Below are positions 38,401-53,400 of a stretch of DNA of 64,000 nucleotides, piece by piece. This DNA comes from Eledone cirrhosa (lineage: Eukaryota): NCBI GenBank assembly GCA_964016885.1, contig OZ024741.1, positions 50,902,001 to 50,966,000 of the forward strand, given 5' to 3'. Each line of letters opens with the position of its first letter. The first letter of the stretch is position 1. The notes below the pieces were generated by a model. The model saw only the letters and a list, made by a program, of their open reading frames with translations. It searched no databases and was not told the origin of the DNA. The position numbers were made by a program, and so were the translations under genes.

Positions 38401-41400
38401 TGGTGGATGGTGGTGTCTATGTATTGTGTGGTTACATTGGTGTAAAGAGAGTTGGTTGATGGTTCAATGGTGGTGGAGGGTGGTGTCTATGTATTGTGTG
38501 GTTATATTGGTGTAGAGTTGGCTGATGGTTCGATGGTGGTGGACGGTGGTGTCTATGTATTGTGTGATTATATTGGTGTAGAGAGAGTTGGCTGATGGTT
38601 CGATGGTGGTGGATGGTGGTGTCTATGTATTGTGTGGTTGTATTGGTGTAAAGAGAGTTGGTTGATGGTTCAATGGTGGTGGAGGGTGGTGTCTATGTAC
38701 TGTGTGGTTATATTGGTGTAAAGAGAGTTGGCTGATGGTTCGATGGTGGTGGAGGGTGGTGTCTATGTATTGTGTGGTTATATTGGTGTAAAGAGAGTTG
38801 GTTGATGGTTCAATGGTGGTGGAGGGTGGTGTCTATGTATTGTGTGGTTATATTGGTGTAAAGAGAGTTGGCTGATGGTTCAATGGTGGTGGACGGTGGT
38901 GTCTATGTATTGTGTGGTTATATTGGTGTAGAGAGAGTTGGTTGATGGTTCGATGGTGGTGGATGGTGGTGTCTATGTATTGTGTGGTTATATTGGTGTA
39001 GAGTTGGCTGATGGTTCGATGGTGGGGGACGGTGGTGTCTATGTATTGTGTGGTTATATTGGTGTAGAGAGAGTTGGTTGATGGTTCGATGGTGGTGGAT
39101 GGTGGTGTCTATGTATTGTGTGGTTATATTGTTGTAGAGTTGGCTGATGGTTCGATGGTGGTGGACGGTGGTGTCTGTGTATTGTGTGGTTATATTGGTG
39201 TAGAGTTGGCTGATGGTTCGATGGTGGTGGACGGTGGTGTCTATGTATTGTGTGGTTATATTGGTGTAGAGAGAGTTGGCTGATAGTTCGATGGTGGTGG
39301 ACGGTGGTGTCTGTGTATTGTGTGGTTATATTGGTGTAGAGAGAGTTGGTTGATGGCTCGATGGTGGTGGACGGTGGTGTCTATGTATTGTGTGGTTATA
39401 TTGTTGTAGAGTTGGCTGATGGTTCGATGGTGGTGGATGGTGGTGTCTGTGTATTGTGTGGTTATATTGGTGTAGAGAGAGTTGGTTGATGGTTCGATGG
39501 TGGTGGACGGTGGTGTCTATGTATTGTGTGGTTATATTGTTGTAGAGTTGGCTGATGGTTCGATGGTGGTGGATGGTGGTGTCTATGTATTGTGTGGTTA
39601 TATTGGTGTAGAGAGAGTTGGTTGATGGTTCGATGGTGGTGGACGGTGGTGTCTATGTATTGTGTGGTTATATTGTTGTAGAGTTGGCTGATGGTTCGAT
39701 GGTGGTGGATGGTGGTGTCTGTGTATTGTGTGGTTATATTGGTGTAGAGAGAGTTGGTTGATGGATCGATGGTGGTGGACGGTGGTGTCTATGTATTGTG
39801 TGGTTATATTGTTGTAGAGTTGGCTGATGGTTCGATGGTGGTGGATGGTGGTGTCTATGTATTGTGTGGTTATATTGGTGTAGAGAGAGTTGGTTGATGG
39901 TTCGATGGTGGTGGACGGTGGTGTCTATGTATTGTGTGGTTATATAGGTGTAGAGAGAGTTGGTTGATGGTTCGATGGTGGTGGACGGTGGTGTCTATGT
40001 ATTGTGTGGTTATATTGTTGTAGAGTTGGCTGATGGTTCGATGGTGGTGGATGGTGGTGTCTATGTATTGTGTGGTTATATTGGTGTAGAGAGAGTTGGT
40101 TGATGGTTCGATGGTGGTGGACAGTGGTGTCTATGTATTGTGTGGTTATATTGTTGTAGAGTTGGCTGATGGTTCGATGGTGGTGGACGGTGGTGTCTGT
40201 GTATTGTGTGGTTATATTGGTGTAGAGAGAGTTGGCTGATGGTTCGATGGTGGTGGACGGTGGTGTCTGTGTATTGTGTGGTTATATTGGTGTAGAGAGA
40301 GTTGGTTGATGGTTCGATGGTGGTGGATGGTGGTGTCTGTGTATTGTGTGGTTATATTGGTGTTAAGAGAGTTGGCTGATGGTTCGATGGTGGTGGACGG
40401 TGGTGTCTATGTATTGTGTGGTTATATTGGTGTAAAGAGAGTTGGCTGATGGTTCGATGGTGGCGGACGGTGGTGTCTGTGTATTGTGTGGTTATATTGG
40501 TGTAGAGTTGGCTGATGGTTCGCTGGTGGTGGATGGTGGTGTCTATGTATTGTGTGGTTATATTGGTGTAGAGTGAGTTGGCTGATGGTTCGATGGTGGT
40601 GGAGGGTGGTGTCTATGTATTGTGTGGTTATATTGGTGTAAAGAGAGTTGGCTGATGGTTCGATGGTGGTGGATGGTGGTGTCTGTGTATTGTGTGGTTA
40701 TATTGGTGTAGAGTTGGCTGATGGTTCGATGGTGGTGGATGGTGGTGTCTATGTATTGTGTGGTTATATTGGTGTAGAGTGAGTTGGCTGATAATTCGAT
40801 GGTGGTGGATGGTGGTGTCTATGTATTGTGTGGTTATATTGGTGTAGAGAGAGTTGGTTGATGGTTCGATGGTGGTGGACGGTGGTGACTATGTATTGTG
40901 TGGTTATATTGGTTTAGAGTTGGCTGATGGTTCGATGGTGGTGGAGGGTGGTGTCTATGTATCGTGTGGTTATATTGGTGTAAAGAGAGTTGGCTGATGG
41001 TTCGATGGTGGTGGACGGTGGTGTCTATGTATTGTGTGGTTATATTGGTGTAGAGTTGGCTGGTGGTTCGATGGTGGTGGACGGTGGTGTCTATGTATTG
41101 TGTGGTTATATTGGTTTAGAGTTGGCTGATGGTTCGATGGTGGTGGACGGTGGTGTCTATGTATTGTGTGGTTATATTGGTGTAGAGAGAGTTGGCTGAT
41201 GGTTCGATTGTGGTGGAGGGTGGTGTCTATGTATTGTGTGGTTATATTGGTGTAAAGAGAGTTGGTTGATGGTTCAATGGTGGTGGAGGGTGGTGTCTAT
41301 GTATTGTGTGGTTATATTGGTTTAGAGTTGGCTGATGGTTCGATGGTGGTGGACGGTGGTGTCTATGTATTGTGTGGTTATATTGGTGTAGAGAGAGTTG

Positions 41401-44400
41401 GCTGATGGTTCGATTGTGGTGGAGGGTGGTGTCTATGTATTGTGTGGTTATATTGGTGTAAAGAGAGTTGGTTGATGGTTCAATGGTGGTGGAGGGTGGT
41501 GTCTATGTATTGTGTGGTTATATTGGTGTAAAGAGAGTTGGCTGATGGTTCGATGGTGGTGGAGGGTGGTGTCTATGTATTGTGTGGTTATATTGGTGTA
41601 AAGAGAGTTGGCTGATGGTTCGATGGTGGTGGAGGGTGGTGTCTATGTATTGTGTGGTTATATTGGTGTAAATAGAGTTGGTTGATGGTTCAATGGTGGT
41701 GGAGGGTGGTGTCTGTGTATTGTGTGGTTATATTGGTGTTAAGAGAGTTGGCTGATGGTTCGATGGTGGTGGACGGTGGTGTCTATGTATTGTGTGGTTA
41801 TATTGGTGTAAAGAGAGTTGGCTGATGGTTCAATGGTGGTGGACGGTGGTGTTTATGTATTGTGTGGTTATATTGGTGTAGAGAGAGTTGGCTGATAGTT
41901 CAATGGTGATGGACTGTGGTGTCTATGTATTGTGTGGTTATATTGGTGTAGAGAGAGTTGGCTGATGGTTCGATGGTGGTGGAGGGTGGTGTCTATGTAT
42001 TGTGTGGTTATATTGGTGTAGAGTTGGCTGATGGTTCGATGGTGGTGGATGGTGGTGTCTATGTATTGTGTGGTTATATTGGTGTAGAGAGAGTTGGCTG
42101 ATGGTTCGATGGTGGTGGAGGGTGGTGTCTATGTATTGTGTGGTTATATTGGTGTAGAGTTGGCTGATGGTTCGATGGTGGTGGACGGTGGTGTCTATGT
42201 ATTGTGTGATTATATTGGTGTAGAGTGAGTTGGCTGATGGTTCGATGGTGGTGGATGGTGGTGTCTATGTATTGTGTGGTTATATTGGTGTAGAGAGAGT
42301 TGGTTGATGGTTCAATGGTGGTGGACGGTGGTGTCTATGTATTGTGTGGTTATATTGGTGTAGAGAGAGTTGGCTGATGGTTCGATAGTGGTGGACGGTG
42401 GTGTCTGTGTATTGTGTGGTTATATTGGTGTAGAGAGAGTTGGCTGATGGTTCGATGGTGGTGGATGGTGGTGTCTATGTATTGTGTGGTTATATTGGTG
42501 TAGATAGAGTTGGTTGATGGTTCGATGGTGGTGGAGGGTGGTGTCTATGTATTGTGTGGTTATATTGGTGTAAAGAGAGTTGGCTGATAGTTCGATGGTG
42601 GTGGATGGTGGTGTCTATGTATTGTGTGGTTATATTGATGTAAAGAGAGTTGGCTGATGGTTCGATGGTGGTGGAGGGTGGTGTCTATGTATTGTGTGGT
42701 TATATTGGTGTAAAGAGAGTTGGCTGATGGTTCGATGGTGGTGGATGGTGGTGTCTATGTATTGTGTGGTTATATTGGTGTAGAGAGAGTTGGCTGATGG
42801 TTCGATGGTGGTGGACGGTGGTGTCTGTGTATTGTGTGGTTATATTGGTGTAGAGTTGGCTGATGGTTCGATGGTGGTGGACGGTGGTGTCTATGTATCG
42901 TGTGGTTATATAGGTGTAGAGTTGGCTAATGGTTCGATGGTTGTGGGAGGTGGTGTCTATGTATTGTGTGGTTATATTGGTGTAAAGAGAGTTGGCTGAT
43001 GGTTCGATGGTGGTGGAGGGTGGTGTCTATGTATTGTGTGGTTATATTGGTGTAGAGTTGGCTGATGGTTCGATGGTGGTGGACGGTGGTGTCTATGTAT
43101 TGTGTGGTTATATTAGTGTAGAGTTGGCTGATGGTTCGATGGTGGTGGAAGGTGGTGTCTATGTATCGTGTGGTTATATAGGTGTAGAGTTGGCTAATGG
43201 TTCGATGGTTGTGGGAGGTGGTGTCTATGTATTGTGTGGTTATATTGGTGTAAAGAGAGTTGGCTGATGGTTCGATGGTGGTGTCTATGTATTGTGTGGT
43301 TATATTGGTGTAGAGTTGGCTGATGGTTCGATGGTGGTGGACGGTGGTGTCTATGTATTGTGTGGTTATATTGGTGTAAAGAGAGTTGGCTGATGGTTCG
43401 ATGGTGGTGGACGGTGGTGTCTATGTATTGTGTGGTTATATTGGTGTAGAGAGAGTTGGCTGATGGTTCGATGGTGGTGGAGGGTGGTGTCTATGTATTG
43501 TGTGGTTATATTGTTGTAGAGTTGGCTGATGGTTCGATGGTGGTGGATGGTGGTGTCTGTGTATTGTGTGGTTATATTGGTGTAGAGAGAGTTGGTTGAT
43601 GGTTCGATGGTGGTGGACGGTGGTGTCTATGTATTGTGTGGTTATATTGTTGTAGAGTTGGCTGATGGTTCGATGGTGGTGGATGGTGGTGTCTATGTAT
43701 TGTGTGGTTATATTGGTGTAGAGAGAGTTGGTTGATGGTTCGATGGTGGTGGACGGTGGTGTCTATGTATTGTGTGGTTATATTGTTGTAGAGTTGGCTG
43801 ATGGTTCGATGGTGGTGGATGGTGGTGTCTGTGTATTGTGTGGTTATATTGGTGTAGAGAGAGTTGGTTGATGGATCGATGGTGGTGGACGGTGGTGTCT
43901 ATGTATTGTGTGGTTATATTGTTGTAGAGTTGGCTGATGGTTCGATGGTGGTGGATGGTGGTGTCTATGTATTGTGTGGTTATATTGGTGTAGAGAGAGG
44001 TGGTTGATGGTTCGATGGTGGTGGATGGTGGTGTCTGTGTATTGTGTGGTTATATTGGTGTTAAGAGAGTTGGCTGATGGTTCGATGGTGGTGGACGGTG
44101 GTGTCTATGTATTGTGTGGTTATATTGGTGTAAAGAGAGTTGGCTGATGGTTCGATGGTGGTGGACGGTGGTGTCTGTGTATTGTGTGGTTATATTGGTG
44201 TAGAGTTGGCTGATGGTTCGCTGGTGGTGGATGGTGGTGTCTATGTATTGTGTGGTTATATTGGTGTAGAGTGAGTTGGCTGATGGTTCGATGGTGGTGG
44301 AGGGTGGTGTCTATGTATTGTGTGGTTATATTGGTGTAAAGAGAGTTGGCTGATGGTTCGATGGTGGTGGACGGTGGTGTCTGTGTATTGTGTGGTTATA

Positions 44401-47400
44401 TTGGTGTAGAGTTGGCTGATGGTTCGATGGTGGTGGATGGTGGTGTCTATGTATTGTGTGGTTATATTGGTGTAGAGTGAGTTGGCTGATGATTCGATGG
44501 TGGTGGATGGTGGTGTCTATGTATTGTGTGGTTATATTGGTGTAGAGAGAGTTGGTTGATGGTTCGATGGTGGTGGACGGTGGTGTCTATGTATTGTGTG
44601 GTTATATTGGTTTAGAGTTGGCTGATGGTTCGATGGTGGTGGAGGGTGGTGTCTATGTATCGTGTGGTTATATTGGTGTAAAGAGAGTTGGCTGATGGTT
44701 CGATGGTGGTGGACGGTGGTGTCTATGTATTGTGTGGTTATATTGGTGTAGAGTTGGCTGGTGGTTCGATGGTGGTGGACGGTGGTGTCTATGTATTGTG
44801 TGGTTATATTGGTTTAGAGTTGGCTGATGGTTCGATGCTGGTGGACGGTGGTGTCTATGTATTGTGTGGTTATATTGGTGTAGAGAGAGTTGGCTGATGG
44901 TTCGATTGTGGTGGAGGGTGGTGTCTATGTATTGTGTGGTTATATTGGTGTAAAGAGAGTTGGCTGATGGTTCGATGGTGGTGGAGGGTGGTGTCTATGT
45001 ATTGTGTGGTTATATTGGTGTAAATAGAGTTGGTTGATGGTTCAATGGTGGTGGAGGGTGGTGTCTATGTATTGTGTGGTTATATTGGTGTAAAGAGAGT
45101 TGGCTGATGGTTCAATGGTGGTGGACGGTGGTGTTTATGTATTGTGTGGTTATATTGGTGTAGAGAGAGTTGGCTGATGGTTCAATGGTGGTGGACGGTG
45201 GTGTCTATGTATTGTGTGGTTATATTGGTGTAGAGAGAGTTGGCTGATGGTTCGATGGTGGTGGAGGGTGGTGTCTATGTATTGTGTGGTTATATTGGTG
45301 TAGAGTTGGCTGATGGTTCGATGGTGGTGGATGGTGGTGTCTATGTATTGTGTGGTTATATTGGTGTAGAGAGAGTTGGCTGATGGTTCGATGGTGGTGG
45401 AGGGTGGTTTCTATGTATTGTGTGGTTATATTGGTGTAGAGTTGGCTGATGGTTCGATGGTGGTGGACGGTGGTGTCTATGTATTGTGTGATTATATTGG
45501 TGTAGAGTGAGTTGGCTGATGGTTCGATGGTGGTGGATGGTGGTGTCTATGTATTGTGTGGTTATATTGGTGTAGAGAGAGTTGGTTGATGGTTCAATGG
45601 TGGTGGACGGTGGTGTCTATGTATTGTGTGGTTATATTGGTGTAGAGAGAGTTGGCTGATGGTTCGATGGTGGTGGACGGTGGTGTCTGTGTATTGTGTG
45701 GTTATATTGGTGTAGAGAGAGTTGGCTGATGGTTCGATGGTGGTGGATGGTGGTGTCTATGTATTGTGTGGTTATATTGGTGTAGATAGAGTTGGTTGAT
45801 GGTTCGATGGTGGTGGAGGGTGGTGTCTATGTATTGTGTGGTTATATTGGTGTAAAGAGAGTTGGCTGATAGTTCGATGGTGGTGGATGGTGGTGTCTAT
45901 GTATTGTGTGGTTATATTGATGTAAAGAGAGTTGGCTGATGGTTCGATGGTGGTGGAGGGTGGTGTCTATGTATTGTGTGGTTATATTGGTGTAAAGAGA
46001 GTTGGCTGATGGTTCGATGGTGGTGGATGGTGGTGTCTATGTATTGTGTGGTTATATTGGTGTAGAGAGAGTTGGCTGATGGTTCGATGGTGGTGGACGG
46101 TGGTGTCTGTGTATTGTGTGGTTATATTGGTGTAGAGTTGGCTGATGGTTCGATGGTGGTGGACGGTGGTGTCTATGTATCGTGTGGTTATATAGGTGTA
46201 GAGTTGGCTAATGGTTCGATGGTTGTGGGAGGTGGTGTCTATGTATTGTGTGGTTATATTGGTGTAAAGAGAGTTGGCTGATGGTTCGATGGTGGTGGAG
46301 GGTGGTGTCTATGTATTGTGTGGTTATATTGGTGTAGAGTTGGCTGATGGTTCGATGGTGGTGGACGGTGGTGTCTATGTATTGTGTGGTTATATTAGTG
46401 TAGAGTTGGCTGATGGTTCGATGGTGGTGGAAGGTGGTGTCTATGTATCGTGTGGTTATATAGGTGTAGAGTTGGCTAATGGTTCGATGGTTGTGGGAGG
46501 TGGTGTCTATGTATTGTGTGGTTATATTGGTGTAAAGAGAGTTGGCTGATGGTTCGATGGTGGTGTCTATGTATTGTGTGGTTATATTGGTGTAGAGTTG
46601 GCTGATGGTTCGATGGTGGTGGACGGTGGTGTCTATGTATTGTGTGGTTATATTGGTGTAAAGAGAGTTGGCTGATGGTTCGATGGTGGTGGACGGTGGT
46701 GTCTATGTATTGTGTGGTTATATTGGTGTAGAGAGAGTTGGCTGATGGTTCGATGGTGGTGGAGGGTGGTGTCTATGTATTGTGTGGTTATATTGTTGTA
46801 GAGTTGGCTGATGTTTCGATGGTGGTGGATGGTGGTGTCTGTGTATTGTGTGGTTATATTGGTGTAGAGAGAGTTGGTTGATGGTTCGATGGTGGTGGAC
46901 GGTGGTGTCTATGTATTGTGTGGTTATATTGTTGTAGAGTTGGCTGATGGTTCGATGGTGGTGGATGGTGGTGTCTATGTATTGTGTGGTTATATTGGTG
47001 TAGAGAGAGTTGGTTGATGGTTCGATGGTGGTGGACGGTGGTGTCTATGTATTTTGTGGTTATATTGTTGTAGAGTTGGCTGATGGTTCGATGGTGGTGG
47101 ATGGTGGTGTCTGTGTATTGTGTGGTTATATTGGTGTAGAGAGAGTTGGTTGATGGATCGATGGTGGTGGACGGTGGTGTCTATGTATTGTGTGGTTATA
47201 TTGTTGTAGAGTTGGCTGATGGTTCGATGGTGGTGGATGGTGGTGTCTATGTATTGTGTGGTTATATTGGTGTAGAGAGAGTTGGTTGATGGTTCGATGG
47301 TGGTGGACGGTGGTGTCTATGTATTGTGTGGTTATATAGGTGTAGAGAGAGTTGGTTGATGGTTCGATGGTGGTGGACGGTGGTGTCTATGTATTGTGTG

Positions 47401-50400
47401 GTTATATTGTTGTAGAGTTGGCTGATGGTTCGATGGTGGTGGATGGTGGTGTCTATGTATTGTGTGGTTATATTGGTGTAGAGAGAGTTGGTTGATGGTT
47501 CGATGGTGGTGGACAGTGGTGTCTGTGTATTGTGTGGTTATATTGGTGTAGAGAGAGTTGGCTGATGGTTCGATGGTGGTGGACGGTGGTGTCTGTGTAT
47601 TGTGTGGTTATATTGGTGTAGAGAGAGTTGGTTGATGGTTCGATGGTGGTGGATGGTGGTGTCTGTGTATTGTGTGGTTATATTGGTGTTAAGAGAGTTG
47701 GCTGATGGTTCGATGGTGGTGGACGGTGGTGTCTATGTATTGTGTGGTTATATTGGTGTAAAGAGAGTTGGCTGATGGTTCGATGGTGGTGGACGGTGGT
47801 GTCTGTGTATTGTGTGGTTATATTGGTGTAGAGTTGGCTGATGGTTCGATGGTGGTGGACGGTGGTGTCTGTGTATTGTGTGGTTATATTGGTGTAGAGA
47901 GAGTTGGCTGATGGTTCGATGGTGGTGGACGGTGGTGTCTGTGTATTGTGTGGTTATATTGGTGTAGAGAGAGTTGGTTGATGGTTCGATGGTGGTGGAT
48001 GGTGGTGTCTGTGTATTGTGTGGTTATATTGGTGTTAAGAGAGTTGGCTGATGGTTCGATGGTGGTGGACGGTGGTGTCTATGTATTGTGTGGTTATATT
48101 GGTGTAAAGAGAGTTGGCTGATGGTTCGATGGTGGTGGACGGTGGTGTCTGTGTATTGTGTGGTTATATTGGTGTAGAGTTGGCTGATGGTTCGCTGGTG
48201 GTGGATGGTGGTGTCTATGTATTGTGTGGTTATATTGGTGTAGAGTGAGTTGGCTGATGGTTCGATGGTGGTGGAGGGTGGTGTCTATGTATTGTGTGGT
48301 TATATTGGTGTAAAGAGAGTTGGCTGATGGTTCGATGGTGGTGGACGGTGGTGTCTGTGTATTGTGTGGTTATATTGGTGTAGAGTTGGCTGATGGTTCG
48401 ATGGTGGTGGATGGTGGTGTCTATGTATTGTGTGGTTATATTGGTGTAGAGTGAGTTGGCTGATGATTCGATGGTGGTGGATGGTGGTGTCTATGTATTG
48501 TGTGGTTATATTGGTGTAGAGAGAGTTGGTTGATGGTTCGATGGTGGTGGACGGTGGTGTCTATGTATTGTGTGGTTATATTGGTTTAGAGTTGGCTGAT
48601 GGTTCGATGGTGGTGGAGGGTGGTGTCTATGTATCGTGTGGTTATATTGGTGTAAAGAGAGTTGGCTGATGGTTCGATGGTGGTGGACGGTGGTGTCTAT
48701 GTATTGTGTGGTTATATTGGTGTAGAGTTGGCTGGTGGTTCGATGGTGGTGGACGGTGGTGTCTATGTATTGTGTGGTTATATTGGTTTAGAGTTGGCTG
48801 ATGGTTCGATGGTGGTGGACGGTGGTGTCTATGTATTGTGTGGTTATATTGGTGTAGAGAGAGTTGGCTGATGGTTCGATTGTGGTGGAGGGTGGTGTCT
48901 ATGTATTGTGTGGTTATATTGGTGTAAAGAGAGTTGGTTGATGGTTCAATGGTGGTGGAGGGTGGTGTCTATGTATTGTGTGGTTATATTGGTTTAGAGT
49001 TGGCTGATGGTTCGATGGTGGTGGACGGTGGTGTCTATGTATTGTGTGGTTATATTGGTGTAGAGAGAGTTGGCTGATGGTTCGATTGTGGTGGAGGGTG
49101 GTGTCTATGTATTGTGTGGTTATATTGGTGTAAAGAGAGTTGGTTGATGGTTCAATGGTGGTGGAGGGTGGTGTCTATGTATTGTGTGGTTATATTGGTG
49201 TAAAGAGAGTTGGCTGATGGTTCGATGGTGGTGGAGGGTGGTGTCTATGTATTGTGTGGTTATATTGGTGTAAAGAGAGTTGGCTGATGGTTCGATGGTG
49301 GTGGAGGGTGGTGTCTATGTATTGTGTGGTTATATTGGTGTAAATAGAGTTGGTTGATGGTTCAATGGTGGTGGAGGGTGGTGTCTATGTATTGTGTGGT
49401 TATATTGGTGTAAAGAGAGTTGGCTGATGGTTCAATGGTGGTGGACGGTGGTGTTTATGTATTGTGTGGTTATATTGGTGTAGAGAGAGTTGGCTGATGG
49501 TTCAATGGTGGTGGACGGTGGTGTCTATGTATTGTGTGGTTATATTGGTGTAGAGAGAGTTGGCTGATGGTTCGATGGTGGTGGAGGGTGGTGTCTATGT
49601 ATTGTGTGGTTATATTGGTGTAGAGTTGGCTGATGGTTCGATGGTGGTGGATGGTGGTGTCTATGTATTGTGTGGTTATATTGGTGTAGAGAGAGTTGGC
49701 TGATGGTTCGATGGTGGTGGAGGGTGGTGTCTATGTATTGTGTGGTTATATTGGTGTAGAGTTGGCTGATGGTTCGATGGTGGTGGACGGTGGTGTCTAT
49801 GTATTGTGTGATTATATTGGTGTAGAGTGAGTTGGCTGATGGTTCGATGGTGGTGGATGGTGGTGTCTATGTATTGTGTGGTTATATTGGTGTAGAGAGA
49901 GTTGGTTGATGGTTCAATGGTGGTGGACGGTGGTGTCTATGTATTGTGTGGTTATATTGGTGTAGAGAGAGTTGGCTGATGGTTCGATGGTGGTGGACGG
50001 TGGTGTCTGTGTATTGTGTGGTTATATTGGTGTAGAGAGAGTTGGCTGATGGTTCGATGGTGGTGGATGGTGGTGTCTATGTATTGTGTGGTTATATTGG
50101 TGTAGATAGAGTTGGTTGATGGTTCGATGGTGGTGGAGGGTGGTGTCTATGTATTGTGTGGTTATATTGGTGTAAAGAGAGTTGGCTGATAGTTCGATGG
50201 TGGTGGATGGTGGTGTCTATGTATTGTGTGGTTATATTGATGTAAAGAGAGTTGGCTGATGGTTCGATGGTGGTGGAGGGTGGTGTCTATGTATTGTGTG
50301 GTTATATTGGTGTAAAGAGAGTTGGCTGATGGTTCGATGGTGGTGGATGGTGGTGTCTATGTATTGTGTGGTTATATTGGTGTAGAGAGAGTTGGCTGAT

Positions 50401-53400
50401 GGTTCGATGGTGGTGGACGGTGGTGTCTGTGTATTGTGTGGTTATATTGGTGTAGAGTTGGCTGATGGTTCGATGGTGGTGGACGGTGGTGTCTATGTAT
50501 CGTGTGGTTATATAGGTGTAGAGTTGGCTAATGGTTCGATGGTTGTGGGAGGTGGTGTCTATGTATTGTGTGGTTATATTGGTGTAAAGAGAGTTGGCTG
50601 ATGGTTCGATGGTGGTGGAGGGTGGTGTCTATGTATTGTGTGGTTATATTGGTGTAGAGTTGGCTGATGGTTCGATGGTGGTGGACGGTGGTGTCTATGT
50701 ATTGTGTGGTTATATTAGTGTAGAGTTGGCTGATGGTTCGATGGTGGTGGAAGGTGGTGTCTATGTATCGTGTGGTTATATAGGTGTAGAGTTGGCTAAT
50801 GGTTCGATGGTTGTGGGAGGTGGTGTCTATGTATTGTGTGGTTATATTGGTGTAAAGAGAGTTGGCTGATGGTTCGATGGTGGTGTCTATGTATTGTGTG
50901 GTTATATTGGTGTAGAGTTGGCTGATGGTTCGATGGTGGTGGACGGTGGTGTCTATGTATTGTGTGGTTATATTGGTGTAAAGAGAGTTGGCTGATGGTT
51001 CGATGGTGGTGGACGGTGGTGTCTATGTATTGTGTGGTTATATTGGTGTAGAGAGAGTTGGCTGATGGTTCGATGGTGGTGGAGGGTGGTGTCTATGTAT
51101 TGTGTGGTTATATTGGTGTAGAGTTGGCTGATGGTTCGATGGTGGTGGAGGGTGGTGTCTATGTATTGTGTGGTTATATTGGTGTAAAGAGAGTTGGCTG
51201 ATGGTTCGATGGTGGTGGACGGTGGTGTCTATGTATCGTGTGGTTATATTGGTGTAGAGAGAGTTGGCTGATGGTTCGATGGTGGTGGACGGTGGTGTCT
51301 GTGTATTGTGTGGTTATATTGGTGTAGAGAGAGTTGGTTGATGGTTCGATGGTGGGGGACGGTGGTGTCTATGTATTGTGTGGTTATATTGGTGTAGAGA
51401 GAGTTGGTTGATGGTTCGATGGTGGTGGATGGTGGTGTCTATGTATTGTGTGGTTATATTGGTGTAGAGAGAGTTGGCTGATGGTTCGATGGTGGTGGAT
51501 GGTGGTATCTATGTATTGTGTGGTTATATTGGTGTAGAGAGAGTTGGCTGATGGTTCGATGGTGGTGGATGGTGGTGTCTATGTATTGTGTGGTTATATT
51601 GGTGTAAAGAGAGTTGGCTGATGGTTCGATGGTGGTGGATGGTGGTGTCTATGTATTGTGTGGTTATATTGGTGTAGAGAGAGTTGGTTGATGGTTCGAT
51701 GGTGGTGGATGGTGGTGTCTGTGTATTGTGTGGTTATATTGGTGTAGCGAGAGTTGGTTGATGGTTCGATGGTGGTGGAGGGTGGTGTCTATGTATTGTG
51801 TGGTTATATTGGTGTAAAGAGAGTTGGCTGATGGTTCGATGGTGGTGGAGGGTGGTGTCTATGTATTGTGTGGTTATATTGGTGTAGAGAGAGTTGGTTG
51901 ATGGTTCGATGGTGGTGGAGGGTGGTGTCTATGTATTGTGTGGTTATATTGGTGTAGAGAGTGTTGGCTGATGGTTCGATGGTGGTGGATGGTGGCGTCT
52001 ATGTATTCTGTGGTTATATTAGTGTAAAGAGAGTTGGCTGATGGTTCGATGGTGGTGGAGGGTGGTGTCTATGTATTGTGTGGTTATATTGGTGTAGAGA
52101 GAGTTGGTTGATGGTTCGATGGTGGTGGAGGGTGGTGTCTATGTATCGTGTGGTTATATTGGTGTAGAGAGAGTTGGCTGATGGTTCGATGGTGGTGGAT
52201 GGTGGCGTCTATGTATTCTGTGGTTATATTGGTGTAGAGAGAGTTGGCTGATGGTTCGATGGTGGTGGATGGTGGTGTCTATGTATTGTGTGGTTATATT
52301 GGTGTAGAGAGAGTTGGCTGATGGTTCGATGGTGGTGGAGGGTGGTGTCTATGTATTGTGTGGTTATATTGGTGTAGAGAGAGTTGGCTGATGGTTCGAT
52401 GGTGGTGGAGAGTGGTGTCTATGTATTGTGTGGTTATATTGGTGTAGAGAGAGTTGGCTGATGGTTTGATGGTGGTGGAGGGTGGTGTCTATGTATTGTG
52501 TGGTTATATTGGTGTAGAGAGACTTGGCTGATGGTTCGATGCTGGTGGAGGGTGGTTTCTATGTATTGTGTGGTTATATTGGTGTAGAGAGAGTTGGCTG
52601 ATGGTTTGATGGTGGTGGAGGGTGGTGTCTGTGTATTGTGTGGTTATATTGGTGTAGAGAGAGTTGGCTGATGGTTCGATGGTGGTTGACGGTGGCGTCT
52701 GTGTATCGTGTGGTTATATTGGTGTAGAGAGAGTTGGCTGATGGTTCGATGGTGGTGGAGGGTAGTGTCTATGTATTGTGTGGTTATATTGGTGTAGAGA
52801 GAGTTGGTTGATGGTTCGATGGTGGTGGATGGTGGTGTCTATGTATTGTGTGGTTATATTGGTGTAGAGAGAGTTGGCTGATGGTTCGATGGTGGTGGAT
52901 GGTTGTGTCTATGTATTGTGTGGTTATATTGGTGTAGAGAGAGTTGGTTGATGTTTCGATGGTGGTGGAGGGTGGTGTCTATGTATTATGTGGTTATATT
53001 GGTGTAGAGAGAGTTGGTTGATGGTTCGATGGTGGTGGATGGTGGTGTCTATGTATTGTGTGGTTATTTTGGTGTAGAGTTGGCTGATGGTTCGATGGTG
53101 GTGGAGGGTGGTGTCTATGCATTGTGTGGTTATATTGGTGTAGAGAGAGTTGGCTGATGGTTCGATGGTGGTGGACGGTGGTGTCTATGTATTGTGTGGT
53201 TATATTGGTGTAGAGAGAGTTGGCTGATGGTTCGATGGTGGTGGAGGGTGATGTCTATGTATTGTGTGGTTATATTGGTGTAGAGAGAGTTGGTTGATGG
53301 TTCGATGGTGGTGGACGGTGGTGTCTATGTATTCTGTGGTTATATTGGTGTAAAGTTGGCTGATGGTTCGATGGTGGTGGACGGTGGTGTCTGTGTATTG

